A stretch of 59,033 bases of DNA, the filler included, from Sphacelaria rigidula (lineage: Eukaryota): the NCBI GenBank assembly GCA_964200075.2. It is 8 parts of 8 records of this genome, joined end to end, with 100 filler letters (N's around TTAATTAATTAA, not from the genome) between each part and the next. Parts side by side here need not be neighbours in the genome. Positions count along the whole stretch, not along the records: positions 1 to 7,292 come from CAXNAA020015591.1; positions 7,393 to 14,684 come from CAXNAA020015592.1; 6 more parts are not named here. The stretch is one strand, 5' to 3'. Position 1 is the first letter of the stretch; the number at the start of each line of letters is the position of its first letter. A program made the translations under genes and the position numbers. Positions 1 to 11,161 of the stretch are shown here, in pieces. The notes beneath the pieces are model-generated. The model was not told the origin of the DNA, searched no databases, and was given only the letters and a program-made list of their open reading frames with translations.

Positions 1-239
1 AAAACGACGTAAAAGCCCCAAGAAGACATTTTTCCGGGTTTGTATTTTTGTCTATGATAGGAAGCGGCCTTAGCCCATGTACACATGGACTGGGGGGCAA
101 CAGGATTAATACCTTTCAACAACTGTTTCTGCGTGTCCGATCCCATGCGCTGGTAACGATGCAGTGTGCGGGATTTGCCCAGCTGACGCTGCTCGCAATG
201 AATCTCCTTTTCCCCAATCTCCGGATGAAATAGGGGGCA

Positions 240-560
240 AAGTGAAGATTATCTCGAGCTTCTTCTGCTGTTCAAATTCCGAAGCTGCCAGTGTGCGTGG
301 GATTTGCGCAGCAGCAGCAGAAGCTGTTCGAAATTGATTTTTTTTCGCTCATTTCAATAATGGACCAGAAAAGGATCGATTTTGAACAGCTTCGTCTGCT
401 GTTCGGAATATATCCTTTTTCTGCCGAAATAAATTAGGCGAGAAGGGGTCTGTTTTGAATAGCTTGTCCTGCTGTCCAAAATAATTTTTTTGCCCGATTC
501 AAATCGGTTGAAGAGGAATTGACCTCGGACAGGAGGACAAGCTATTGAAAATATCTGAAT
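240..560. repeat. Array of a ~21-bp motif (GAAYAGCTT..C(T)GCTGTYC) in mixed orientation, probably a DNA-transposon subterminal region
   Basis: Motif copies near 257, 313 (rc), 384 (self-complementary gaacagc...gctgttc), 457 and 527 (rc), spaced ~55-75 bp in an AT-rich background. Confidence 0.5.
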
Positions 561-861
561 TTACAGATTTTGTGTCAAAATATTTGGAATTAAAAAACAA
601 AAAGGTCAGGGCATTTTACCAAAACACTACCACATGACTGTGCAGGGCTTTGCCGACGTGCCTACACAGGGCTGCAATTTCAACCCTGGGGAAAACCCTA
701 TCAAAACGCTACGAGGGGTACAGGTTTGGATTTTCACTGTCAGTATTTTTTTCACAAAGACTGTGGAGGACCCTGTACGGACCCTGCACAGTGCGCCATA
801 CAGGGTGCTATCTGTCTACGGGTGCATCCGACATCATCCATGTCAGCTTCCGGCAGCGTCT

Positions 862-1112
862 GGCTGATGCCAAGATAGCCCCCCCACAAAACGTGCACCG
901 GCACCATCCAACGAACCGGCTGCGATCCCACTATTGGGCTCGTTTGCAGCAATTTCGCCCACATAAGAGGTGTGTAGCAGTCCGAAATCAGCTGTAACGC
1001 CCAAATCAGTCGCGTCGTGCAGTACGAAACCAGATTTAACGACAGTTGTGATCATCGCCTCCGTGAACGTTTTTGGCCGGTTTGGGGGGGGGGGGCTATC
1101 TCGGCAGCAGTC
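862..1112. mobile_element. MITE family A, copy 1 (251 bp, ~23-bp TIR, 4-bp TSD GTCT)
   Basis: Left end GGCTGATGCCAAGATAGCCCCCC; right end rc GACTGCTGCCGAGATAGCCCCCC; GTCT at 858-861 and 1113-1116; full-length homolog in the opposite orientation at 42906-43155. Confidence 0.9.
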
Positions 1113-2611
1113 GTCTGTGAGGTTTTAGCGCCATCGTTTCTTTTCATTTTGGGCTCCGGTTTTTTCGGCGTTGTGTCGTCTTCTGTACGGTGACGTGGTC
1201 AAATCGACTTTTTCCTGGTGCGTTTTGGGGGCCAAGATTGGGAGGGATGAGGAGTGTCCTGAGTTCTATATAGCCTTAGTTGAAAACTATTTCCCATACA
1301 CTACGAATTATCTGCTTCTAGGGCAGGAAGATATGAGTTTCTCGAACTTGCATGAGCTCTAGGTAGTTACGCGAACTAATAGTAGGGTGATCAAGTTACT
1401 TGATATCGATGTGAGCCAAGTCAGTTGATGCTTCGGTGATGATGAAGCTATTCCCTGAGTCCTTTGAACCTGGGATCTTTTTCGATATTGCTAGATCTAT
1501 TACGGGATGATTCTCGCTGCCTGCGACTTGTCGATTCCTGCGTCTGCTGTTCCTACGCGTTTATGCAGCAGTAGATGATAGTTTGGTCGTCTAGATCGCA
1601 CGCCGGTTATTTGTAAGCTCGCAGTGTGTTCCTTGTAGTTCGGCGCGGTTTTTGTGGGCTCGTTCTTTTCGCGTACTGTATCATTTTTGTGTGAAGGCAT
1701 TCTTTGTCAACTCCTGGTTTTTTGGCCATGGGTGGTTGACTCCCTGCACCCCGTGACCACGGGTCGGAGAGAAGGAAGTAATGTCTTCAAGGAATTGAGC
1801 TAATGTAACGTAAGCTCTAAAAACAGAAGATGACAGTGCCCCGCCGGTGGGAGTTGAGGTGCAACGTGCCCGTGCCATGTCTTTTGCGCACGAATTGATC
1901 CCGTGCCCTCCGTGAAAAAAAACAATCCTCAAAGAACGAGCACGGTGCCTAAACTAGTCGCGGTGCTATCAACAATTACAAATAGCCTCGTGGATTAGCA
2001 GAGTATAATGTACCAGTGTCATTCTTTTTTCGTTGCATACGTAGTCATGCATGATACTTCAACAGGTGGTTCGCGTTCCCAAAAGTATACGCTGACTCGA
2101 TACTCATTGTAGCAGACAACATCTCGATAGCCCCGTTGTATCTCTTCCACAGGCGTTTCGTTTATTCACATCTGCTAGGTAAATACTGCGTTTAGTAGGT
2201 TCACTCAGGCAACACAGTCATCACTGCATTATGTGTGTCCACAGTATCTCTATATAAGCGAAATAACAGTACACGACAGAGATTCTCCCGCAATCGTAGT
2301 CCGAAATTTGATGTCCGATGGTGATTCGCCACAGCTCTGTTCTCACAGTGAAAGGACATTACTCATGAACTGTAAGACGGAGTACAAACTGAGATATTTT
2401 ACCGAGGAGATAGTGCAGACCGTAAACAGTCAGTATAGTCATCCTGCACAGCCATATTGTAAGAGCAATCACAAGTCAATCGGACGTAGGAGGACCGAAG
2501 AGTGATATCGCAATCCAATGGGCGGAGACACGAGCGATTTTCAATTCAGCTGGTCTTGTTGAATTGGAGTACGTGGGAAACAAGCATCACACTGCAAAAA
2601 CCAAATAAGTT

Positions 2612-2822
2612 TGTACTGCGTGAGAGGACCGCGTGTTTAGAAGACCACATCGTGGTTTAAAACACCTCAGGATCGACGTTTTCCAAACCCAATCAGGCCA
2701 GTCCCTGCAGGGACCACGCCCCTGACCCCAACCTCAACCCTAATTCTAACCCTAACCCTAACGAAACGGATGTTCAAGTTCCGATGCGGTCCCCTAAGCA
2801 CGCGGTTCTCTCACGCATTGCA
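2612..2822. mobile_element. MITE family B, copy 1, with internal (CCCTAA)n
   Basis: TIR TGCGTGAGAGGACCGCGTG...CACGCGGTTCTCTCACGCA; internal CCCTAA-like repeats at ~2720-2762; second copy at 16772-16978. Confidence 0.85.
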
Positions 2823-3484
2823 ATATGGCGTAAGCGGCGTCGGTTGTGAACGAGTACAACGTTACTCCGTCCAGCGGCGCAACCCGAGCGTGTGGTTACA
2901 GCTGCATGAATTGCGAACAAGTCCGGGGTTGCTTTATCAGAAACAGCACAGGTGGTGGTGCAATATGCCTATAATTTTGTTGTGCGTTAAATCTATGATG
3001 TATCCGGCCGATTTCAACATGAGATTTGGAGTGTCACCTAGAATAGTTCCCGCATATCACGCGTGCACACTGTTCACTTTCCCCGGTCACCTCCGCGCTC
3101 ATTAGTTTTTGGGCAATATACAAATTTTGGGCAATATACAAAAAAGGGTACACCCTGGTGCTTTTGGAGCAAAAAAAGGTAGTGCATCTCTCGCTTTGGG
3201 CTGGCGCTCTGCACGCTCGATGNNNNNNNNNNCTCACGCCCAAGGTCCCTAGGCAGCATACCCGACCATTTTGTTTCACTTTCACAAGTGTTACTGGGCT
3301 GAACTACCCCGCAGAAAATGAGAGCCTGTGACAGTACCCTTTTTTGTAAGCAAAACAGGAGGGTACACCTTGCCCTCTGCTAAAAAGTTATATATACACT
3401 TTTTTGTACTACTGTTGTCTCTTTTCGGTCAAGTGGTGACCCTTTAGGCGAGGGTGATTCATCCATACCTTCTCCCGCACCACA

Positions 3485-3710
3485 GAGTCATCCTACGATA
3501 GGGGGAGGGGGTATATGATTGCACGAAAAACGAGGATCGCAATTGTGTCAGACATCCTTCCACGCTTGCGTTGCGCTTGTTTTTGGTTCCAAACGGTGTC
3601 AGGAAGTATGGATGAGCGTTATTGATCCACAACANNNNNNNCGCCGATCTGACTCGAAATTTCGAGCAACAAATGGCCCAAAATACCCCCCCCCTATCGT
3701 AGGATGACTC
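3485..3710. mobile_element. MITE family C (Sola2-like termini: GAG...CTC, 4-bp TSD CACA)
   Basis: Perfect 21-bp TIR GAGTCATCCTACGATAGGGGG / CCCCCTATCGTAGGATGACTC; CACA at 3481-3484 and 3711-3714; contains a 7-N gap. Confidence 0.88.
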
Positions 3711-6559
3711 CACAAACGTATACACCAACAAGCCTAAGCGTTGAAGAAATTGGGCACGATCTGGTGCACGGTACTCAGTCAAGAGAGATGCAAAGGTACT
3801 GCACATGAAGGCAATACCATGATGAGTCGATCGTACGAAATCGGCTCGGAGGATACGAGAAAAAGTACACAAAACAAAAAATAAGATGCCTAGTTTATCT
3901 TCGGCATGGTAGACGATACGGTCGAACCAAAACACAAAAAGCAAAGAACACAAAACAAAAATTCAGGATTGAACCAAGATACGAAATGCAGTGTTCTCAA
4001 AATCCGTGAGTATTTCAGGGGATCATAGATTAATAAAATGTCAGAAAAGTCAGAAGAACACTCAAACCGTTGTACAAAATATGTAGTGTCCGGAAATGCC
4101 GTGAGTATTTCAGAAGGGATCATGGGAAATCAGAGGCCAAGCATCGAAACAATCATTATACCCTGCCATAACTATAACACATTTAAAAGTGGATTCTTTT
4201 TTCCGGAATTCCGGATTTTCGTGTTTCATTGGTAGAAACAAGCGAGCAAGTCCACCAAAGGCATTATATCACTCCGAGGACCAGTTTATGCTATTCACGT
4301 GTCTCAGTCAATCGGAAAAATCAACAAGTGCAGCTGTTTCGTCGCGGAAAGGAAGGTTTCCCGCGAGAACCATACGTTGAAACAAAAAAACGATGCGCAT
4401 GATACGGACAATCGACCCGGTTCCCGTGAGTTAATTGTTGGTACATGTGGGTAAGAGCAACGACTTGCTAAAGACGTCCGGGTGATGATCCAGTCGTACA
4501 GCACTTGTTTTTTTGTCTCAAACGACGAGGCACGAAAACAACCGGCCGGTTTGTGAGGTCGGGTATCCGCACAGGTCAAAAGAAACGTAATTGAGTGAAT
4601 ACACAACCATCGGCGCTACTACGTAGTTCCGAGGGGGATCGCCCAAAACATTTCTAAACCACGACAAATACACGGAAGAGAGGGGGCCAATGCAGTCCAC
4701 TCCTCACTGTATTTGTCACTTCGGACTAAAACGTGGCTAGCTCGCACATAAATCGGATTAAAAAACAACAGCCAGTAGTACCGTCACGTCACTTCATCCA
4801 GTGATCCTTGATAAAAACAACACACCGCCAACCGATTTCATGGGCGGGTAATCGTACGCAAAACACTTGTGGCAGCAGTGACAAGAAAATAGCGAGTGGC
4901 GGACTCTGAGCTTGTAGGCTGTACCAACGGTCGAATATCAACATGGCGGAACGGTTTGTTCCGAAAAATCAATATTTTCTATCATGATACGTAATGATCC
5001 TGTATGAGGAGACGTTTGCAACCAAATATACCACACACTACCTCAATGACAAGTCTTCAACATCGTTACGACGCGGTCAGTGGTGACCTCGTTGTACCTT
5101 ATCAATCATCAAAGTATAAGTCATCCATTGCGTCGCATTGCACGTGACCCTTATGTAAACGAGGTCGACCGAACGGCTGCAGCACTCGCAGAAACAAGTG
5201 GGCCAGGAACGTTGGAACACTCCTTGCGAAATTCCTGATATAGGCACGAAATCCAAACCAAAGACAAGTACAGAACCAGGCGTTCGCATGGTAACAGCGA
5301 AAACAAAATAACCGTAAAATGAAGTAGAAAAATATCACGTGCCGACCGTCCCTGTAAACAGCAGCGGTGATCGCGTGGACGAAGCAAGTAGAGTCAAGTG
5401 TTTCAGCCAAGAAAGTCAAAACATTTTGGATCCTTAACCTCGGTTGTTATCGCTCATGGTACAAAACCCAACGTGAAACGCACACAAAAGGAGACACGTC
5501 ACGACCGATCCCGAAGAGGGAGGTGGTAGTCGTGTGCGGAGCGATTGGACAAGAGCGCGAATATTCCAGACGGGGGGGGTCATGCATGTCTAGCTCTCGC
5601 TCCGGAAACTCTCGACCGACAAGGCAAGCAAACGAAAACAGCACAATGAACAAAACAAGACAAATGTGCGTGCAACGAAGAAAGGAAAGAGAACAACTCG
5701 TGTTGACCGTTCCAGTATACGGAATGGTCGTGAGTGCACGGCGCGGAGGACGAAGGTTCAAAACGTTCCAGGCTTGGGATCAGGAATGTTTATGGAACGG
5801 TCGTCACGGAATACCCCGATCTATGAACTAAAAAGCTTGCCCTCCCCGACCGCCACCCGTCTGGGGTTGGTTGTGTCGGGGTAGGCTAACTCCGTCGACA
5901 AGACAACCAGTAAGTAAGGGAGGTTGAGTTGACCTACTGGCTTGTCTGCGTGTCGTGTCAGTGGTACCACAACATACAGTCTAGGTCGTGGGCTATGTCG
6001 ACGGTACCAACATCGAGGCTCAATGCTGCAGCTGCGGAGGTTTACCCTAGAACGGGAGCCAAACTGAACCCCGCACCCGTAGCGTTTTACCCGGCGTTGA
6101 GACACTGTCACGCACGTCGATGGAGATGGGGCACATGTGAGTAAGTATCAGATTCGGCGGACTGGAGACAGCGGCCGACGCGGGATGGGAAGGCTGCACC
6201 CTTCCCGCGAGACCAATAAGCAAGGCAAGTACCGTGATAGACGTGCAGAAGCAAAATCGGAACAGAAACAATAAAAAAAATCAACCATGAACCCAGGAGT
6301 ACCAATATATATATATATATATATGAACTCGAAAGAAAACAAAAAAACGACACAAAAACAAGAGAAAACACAAGAAGGTCCCAAGCCAAACATAAATACA
6401 AAATACAACAATCACTAGAGGAAGGGGGCTACAACCGCACGAAAAACAAATTGAAGGGGGGGAGGGGCATGGTTTTTCAACGACGCTACGGCGAAAGACA
6501 AACCATTCGAACATGGTACACCACGCAAGGTGTGTGAGGAAGCAGACACGGATGTGGCA

Positions 6560-7189
6560 TCATGAGCCTTCTGCATCCCAAGCGGTGTCCGTGTTGCGTA
6601 GAACGGCTGTGTCGAGATCGCCTTGGTCGTGTCGTTGGAGGCACGAGGATCCTCGGCGAGCGGTCGGCACCTCGGTGTAGTAGTTATCATCCAAGCGAAT
6701 CTTAAGAGCGCTCGGGTCATCGAGGAGACGGATAAAGTAGGAATTTTCAGAAGCAGGATCGATCAAATGGATCTTGCCCAACCACCAGAGTGAATCCAAC
6801 GCCTTGTACCAAAAGTACGCCACCTTCGGCAAACGTTGTCCGTGAAATGACTGCATGTATTGCGAACGCGAGAGAAGGCTATATCGTGTTACGACAAATC
6901 GCGCCGAGTGGTCTCGTGCCAGTTTCCGAGCGGCAGCTCCCTTTTGAATCGACCTATATATCTTATTCGACGGGCGGTGTTGGACGGCATCTCCTACCCA
7001 GTACAGCAGTATACCCCGACGAAAGTGATGTAAGTCAACCTCACGCTTCCATGTATCACGCATGATAACCTTCCAATGGGTCTGACACAGAATCGCTATT
7101 TTACCTTCTCGACCTCGGACAAATTGATGGACCGAAATGCGATTTCCCACAACTCGCTCAAGCGGACCGTTGGCATCTTCAACCGTCAT
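6560..7189 (-). mobile_element. Ty3/gypsy-type pol/integrase C-terminal region: chromo-like domain followed by a PWWP/Tudor-like domain; 5' part missing near the contig end
   Basis: Uninterrupted 209-aa ORF; ISVHQFVRGREG..LCQTHWKVIMRDTWKREVDL fits the chromodomain pattern (I..HR....YLVKWKG....TWE.E..L); AYFWYK...LWWLGKI...YFIRLLDD fits a Royal-family barrel; stop at 6560-6562. Confidence 0.7.
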
Positions 7190-7292
7190 GTGATACGGGG
7201 GGGGGGGGGGGGGGGGGGGCGTCTTTTGTTTTTTTTTGCTTTGTTCGTTTGTAAGTTGGCCCCCCCCACCTTCCAGTATAGGGCGGGAGGGG

Positions 7293-7392
7293 NNNNNNNN
7301 NNNNNNNNNNNNNNNNNNNNNNNNNNNNNNNNNNNNTTAATTAATTAANNNNNNNNNNNNNNNNNNNNNNNNNNNNNNNNNNNNNNNNNNNN
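7293..7392. other. Artificial contig linker N44-TTAATTAATTAA-N44
   Basis: 100-bp spacer with stops in all six frames, repeated identically seven times in the window. Confidence 0.99.
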
Positions 7393-8884
7393 TGTGGGGA
7401 AAGCACTGTTTTAGGCTTGAACCTTATCTCGGAGTTAAACCTCAATTCGCACAATTTGTTGTTAAATGAAATCCTCAGTCGCTGAAGGGGTCAACGCTCA
7501 TCCAATTCAGCACCAACAGAAGGCATTCTGTGCTACGGAGCGCAAATGCAGAGCAAGGCATTCTGCGCTTCTGCAATTCGATTACGAACGACTGGACGAA
7601 TCCTCTGCTTCTGACTGGCTACAGTAGCTTTATCTTTCCATTATGAAGAACGGGTGTACGTTTTTTTTTCGTTCCCTAGATGTTTTATTGGGCGATTCGC
7701 ACCCCGAATTGTCCGTCCGCTCTCCCGCTTGCGTAGGGAAATGCTTGAATTCTCCTCTTTCGGTGTGCTTGTCGTACTGCCGTACCGCTGATCGGTGCGA
7801 TCCCACAAGGGACGCAAGCAAGCTGGTTAAAGTCGTTTTGTATGTAATAATTACCCTTGTTGTGCTGTAGTTTCCTCATCATTGATGGAGCAGCAGGCAA
7901 GGAGGGGCTGGTCGCTTGTAACAAATATGTGAAAGGTCTCGAGAGGCGAGCATAGGCCACAACAGCGACGGTGTGTCCGCTACTATGCGGCACATACAGT
8001 AGAGCAACTCTACACACTTTCCTCCATTAGTGCCCTCGTCGTACTATCGTACCACTGATCACCCGATCCCGCAAGGGAGCTACCGTACCGCTGATCATCC
8101 GATCCCGCAAGAGAGCTTTTACACTGTATGCGCTGTAGTGCTACTGTACATATAAAACCGTCTGCCGTTCACGCGGGACAATGCTTGAACTCTCCTCTTT
8201 CAGTGAAACACTGGATTGCTGTGGATGGGTGTAGTAGTTAGTATCGGTAGACTCCAGAATACGGTATTTACAAGTGTAGAAATATTTGACCGTTTTGGGT
8301 GGGGTCATTTTTTTCTCTGCCTGTGAGGGATGATTGAGAAATGTAAAGCATGATATTGGTGACGGCTTTCTACCAAGGTTGGAGCGTATTGGAATGAATT
8401 GTTTCGAAATGCTTCATTTTTTACTCGTATTTAGTATGAATTTGAGCTTGAGCGTGATGCTGATTCAAGTATGGGGCGGGGAGACATTTCGCTACTAACA
8501 TATAGGGTACCACTGCAAACAGCAACAACAACGACGACGACGACGATATACTAATAATACCGAAATTCGTGTCGGATATTCATGTCTATCGGTTCCCGAA
8601 GTTTGTCATCAAACAGAAACCGTACAGAATCGTGGTAACCAAGAAACCTTAAATAATCGCTTTCAATCGAAAATGCAAAGTTCAAACTTGTACTACTTTT
8701 ACTGTTACGTCGACTAGTATACGGTTCATTTCGGGTGGTGATGTGCATTCACTCTCTCTCAATGTTTCTTCCTTCTTCTTGAACACAGTACGGTATATCC
8801 GTAAGTATTATATATGCTTTCAGCATACTCTTTCGACATAGTCTTGCACCGCTGTTCATGATGTTTTTAACATAAATAACATAG

Positions 8885-9082
8885 GGTATGGAGGTGGCCA
8901 CCGTAGCGCTCGCCTGCGTATACTTCGAGCGGCTGTGCCTCGCGGGGGTGGTGACAAAGCCGAATCGCCGCTTGACCATGGCGGCATGCCTGGCGATCGC
9001 CTACAAGTTCAACGAACCAGTCTTGGTAGGGGGGGTCAGCAAGCTCCCCGCCCTGTGGGCCTTCGTAGATCAGGAATGGACG
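8885..9082 (+). CDS. CABLES: CABLES-like (CDK5/ABL1 enzyme substrate) cyclin-box protein, internal exon
   Basis: AG acceptor at 8883-8884, GTGAGT donor at 9083; 66 codons, GMEVATVALACVYFERLCLAGVVTKPNRRLTMAACLAIAYKFNE..., matching the CABLES C-terminal motif (TVAMAYVYFEKL...NRKL.AGACVLLAAK). Confidence 0.85.
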
Positions 9083-9159
9083 GTGAGTTGCGCAGAGAAA
9101 TGCAGGGTTGCGTCCTGCAGAATACTATTTTCGCATACCTGGGTCATTCACCTGGGGAT

Positions 9160-9450
9160 CACCCGTACCCGACAGTGCGGTGGAATCTGTAAACCCCTCC
9201 TACCGATACCCGACAGTTCCGTACAATCTGTATGAAATGTTTTTCCCTCATCCAGGGCATGGGTACACCCTTGTAGTAACTCTGGTAGAAATATGTGATT
9301 GCCGGTGAGGGTTTCTTTACAATCTCCACACCGTGCGCGACAGGCTCTGTAAGTTTTCTAATACTTCCACACTGATACCTGACCGTTCTTCAATTTTCTG
9401 TAAGGACGCTACCGAGCACAAGCTTGGAAGTGCTTACAGTATCGAATATT
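9160..9450 (-). repeat. Degenerate copy of the ACAGAACT/TCGGGTAC(G/C)GG repeat family, in the CABLES intron
   Basis: acccgtacccgacag, ccgatacccgacagttccgta and tctgtaag motifs are the reverse complement of the array at 17890-18455. Confidence 0.7.
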
Positions 9451-10224
9451 GCATCCATGGTAATAGACAAAAGACGAAAGATTTGAAACTGGGCGCAGTA
9501 CACTTTTAGCCAATGTAACCTGTTGTGCAGGGCGTGAAATAGATGGATACGCCCGCTACAAATGAGAAAACGGCAGAGAACACGATAAAGTAAGGAAAAA
9601 TATGAGGACAAAAGGAATCAAACTGACAAAGACCCCGAATTGTGTTGACTGTGTATACTGTTACGGGCGGTTTGTCGCGCGCGATCGATGGGTGGTGCAT
9701 GCCAGTTCCCGCCGGTTCTCTTGTTATCTTCACTGCGCAGGTAGCAACACCACTCAAGAACCGCTTGTTTTGCACGAAGCCCGAGACTTGGTAGCCGCCC
9801 CAAACCGAGCACCTGTTCTTGATCGCCAAGTTCTTCGTGTTGACCAGGCTTTTGCTACCGAACTTGCAGGTGTTCATTCTTATGTCGACAACGAGTCGAT
9901 AGCCCCACACAGGACAGACAGTGTTCATGTTTATCACTGGTATTCGATAGTTTTGACGAGGAGTAGGGTTCTATTTGCGGGGAAAATTCTTACAATAGGC
10001 TCATCACGGCTTGCCCTGACAACGGCGGCAATCTATACCCCGAGGTTTCAGAAGACAACAAAACCTCATGTGCTCAACACAAACACATCAGCTTCCGTCC
10101 GCGATCATTCTTGGGTATACAAGAAGGACAAATGCGCGGTCCGAACGTCGACCATCGATAGTAGTTCACAGTACCCGCAGAGAAACTCCACCTTTTTTTT
10201 CCCACTCGAAGGAAGGAGGACACC

Positions 10225-10388
10225 TCACCCAACGCTTAACGAGTTCGTGTGCCGAATACCCGGAGGCTCGGCTAGATCACCTCACGGCAGTCGTATGCGC
10301 TAGGCCCCTCGAGCGTTCGGTAAGCTTTGCTCAAGATCAACCCACTAGAACCCCGCTGTCAATTTGGCGCAGTGCAGGCGCCGCCCTA
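10225..10388 (+). repeat. Interspersed repeat, homologous to 52177-52362
   Basis: Shared colinear blocks tcacccaac / tacccggagg.tcggctaga / aagctttgct / ttggcgcagt...gcgccgccc. Confidence 0.75.
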
Positions 10389-11050
10389 CTCTTTTGAGAC
10401 TCGGTCTAAGGAGAAACTGCACCTCTGCTTGTTGATCCACAATGAATCAAAACAGTGTTGCTAGGCGTTATCCGTTAGTACGCTCCACGAACTACTCTTC
10501 ACTATTATACCATGAACGGTGGCTGCACCTCGTATCGTATTTATGTCACGGTCACCTACCATCCGCCTGCTGCTGTTGTCTGCCGTATATCCCCGTCAAA
10601 GCACGTGACATCTTCACTCATAGCCATGCCGACGTATATGTTGTTCACCGTCATTTGTAGGAGAAATGAATTGTTTCTCGATGGTAGCTACGTGTATTTA
10701 GATTTTCAAAAGTTGAGGTAACAAATAATCCAACTTGACGAAAATTCTGAAACTAACGATATCTATCCGACTTTAGCCGATCTTGAAGATGTTCTCGTTC
10801 ATCTGTTGTGCCTGCAGTTTCTAAACGTTGTGCGTCAGTTGCAGGTTCTTGCTTCTTACTTGGCTTCTCGGAAATGAGCACCTGTTCCTATGGTCCAAGA
10901 TCTTACATGTTGGGTTCTTTGAGGCTCAAGTTTCCTAACGGCCAAGTTGCTGAGAGGTGGCGCTACCTGTGCTTGACTACTTTTTGCGTGTGCTGCGTGT
11001 TTGTGTGGCGTGTGTGTGCGCGCGCGTGTCTTTTATTGCTACTCGCTAAG

Positions 11051-11161
11051 GTGGGAAAGAAGCGTGTGCTCGAGGCGGAGTTCGGCGTACTGGTCCAGCT
11101 CTCTTTCGATTTACACGAGGACCCGCGCGACGTGTTCCACCACTTTGTGCTGCTGCTCAAG
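11051..11161 (+). CDS. CABLES: CABLES-like protein, next exon
   Basis: AG at 11049-11050, GT at 11162; phase 0 joins exon 8885-9082; VGKKRVLEAEFGVLVQLSFDLHEDPRDVFHHFVLLLK aligns to CABLES (RDLIGFEFTVLVALELALYLPENQVLPHYRRL); last exon not located. Confidence 0.82.

Noticed and set aside
636..793. Possible CACTG-type mini element (ACTGTGCAGGG...CCCTGCACAGT)
   Set aside because: Only an 11-bp inverted repeat, with no TSD and no second copy
7337..7348. TTAATTAATTAA as a piggyBac/Kolobok target or biological motif
   Set aside because: Always centred in exactly 44+44 Ns; it is a six-frame-stop assembly linker
9602..10303. 233-aa plus-strand ORF
   Set aside because: Lies in the CABLES intron, overlaps an interspersed repeat and shows no protein-like motifs
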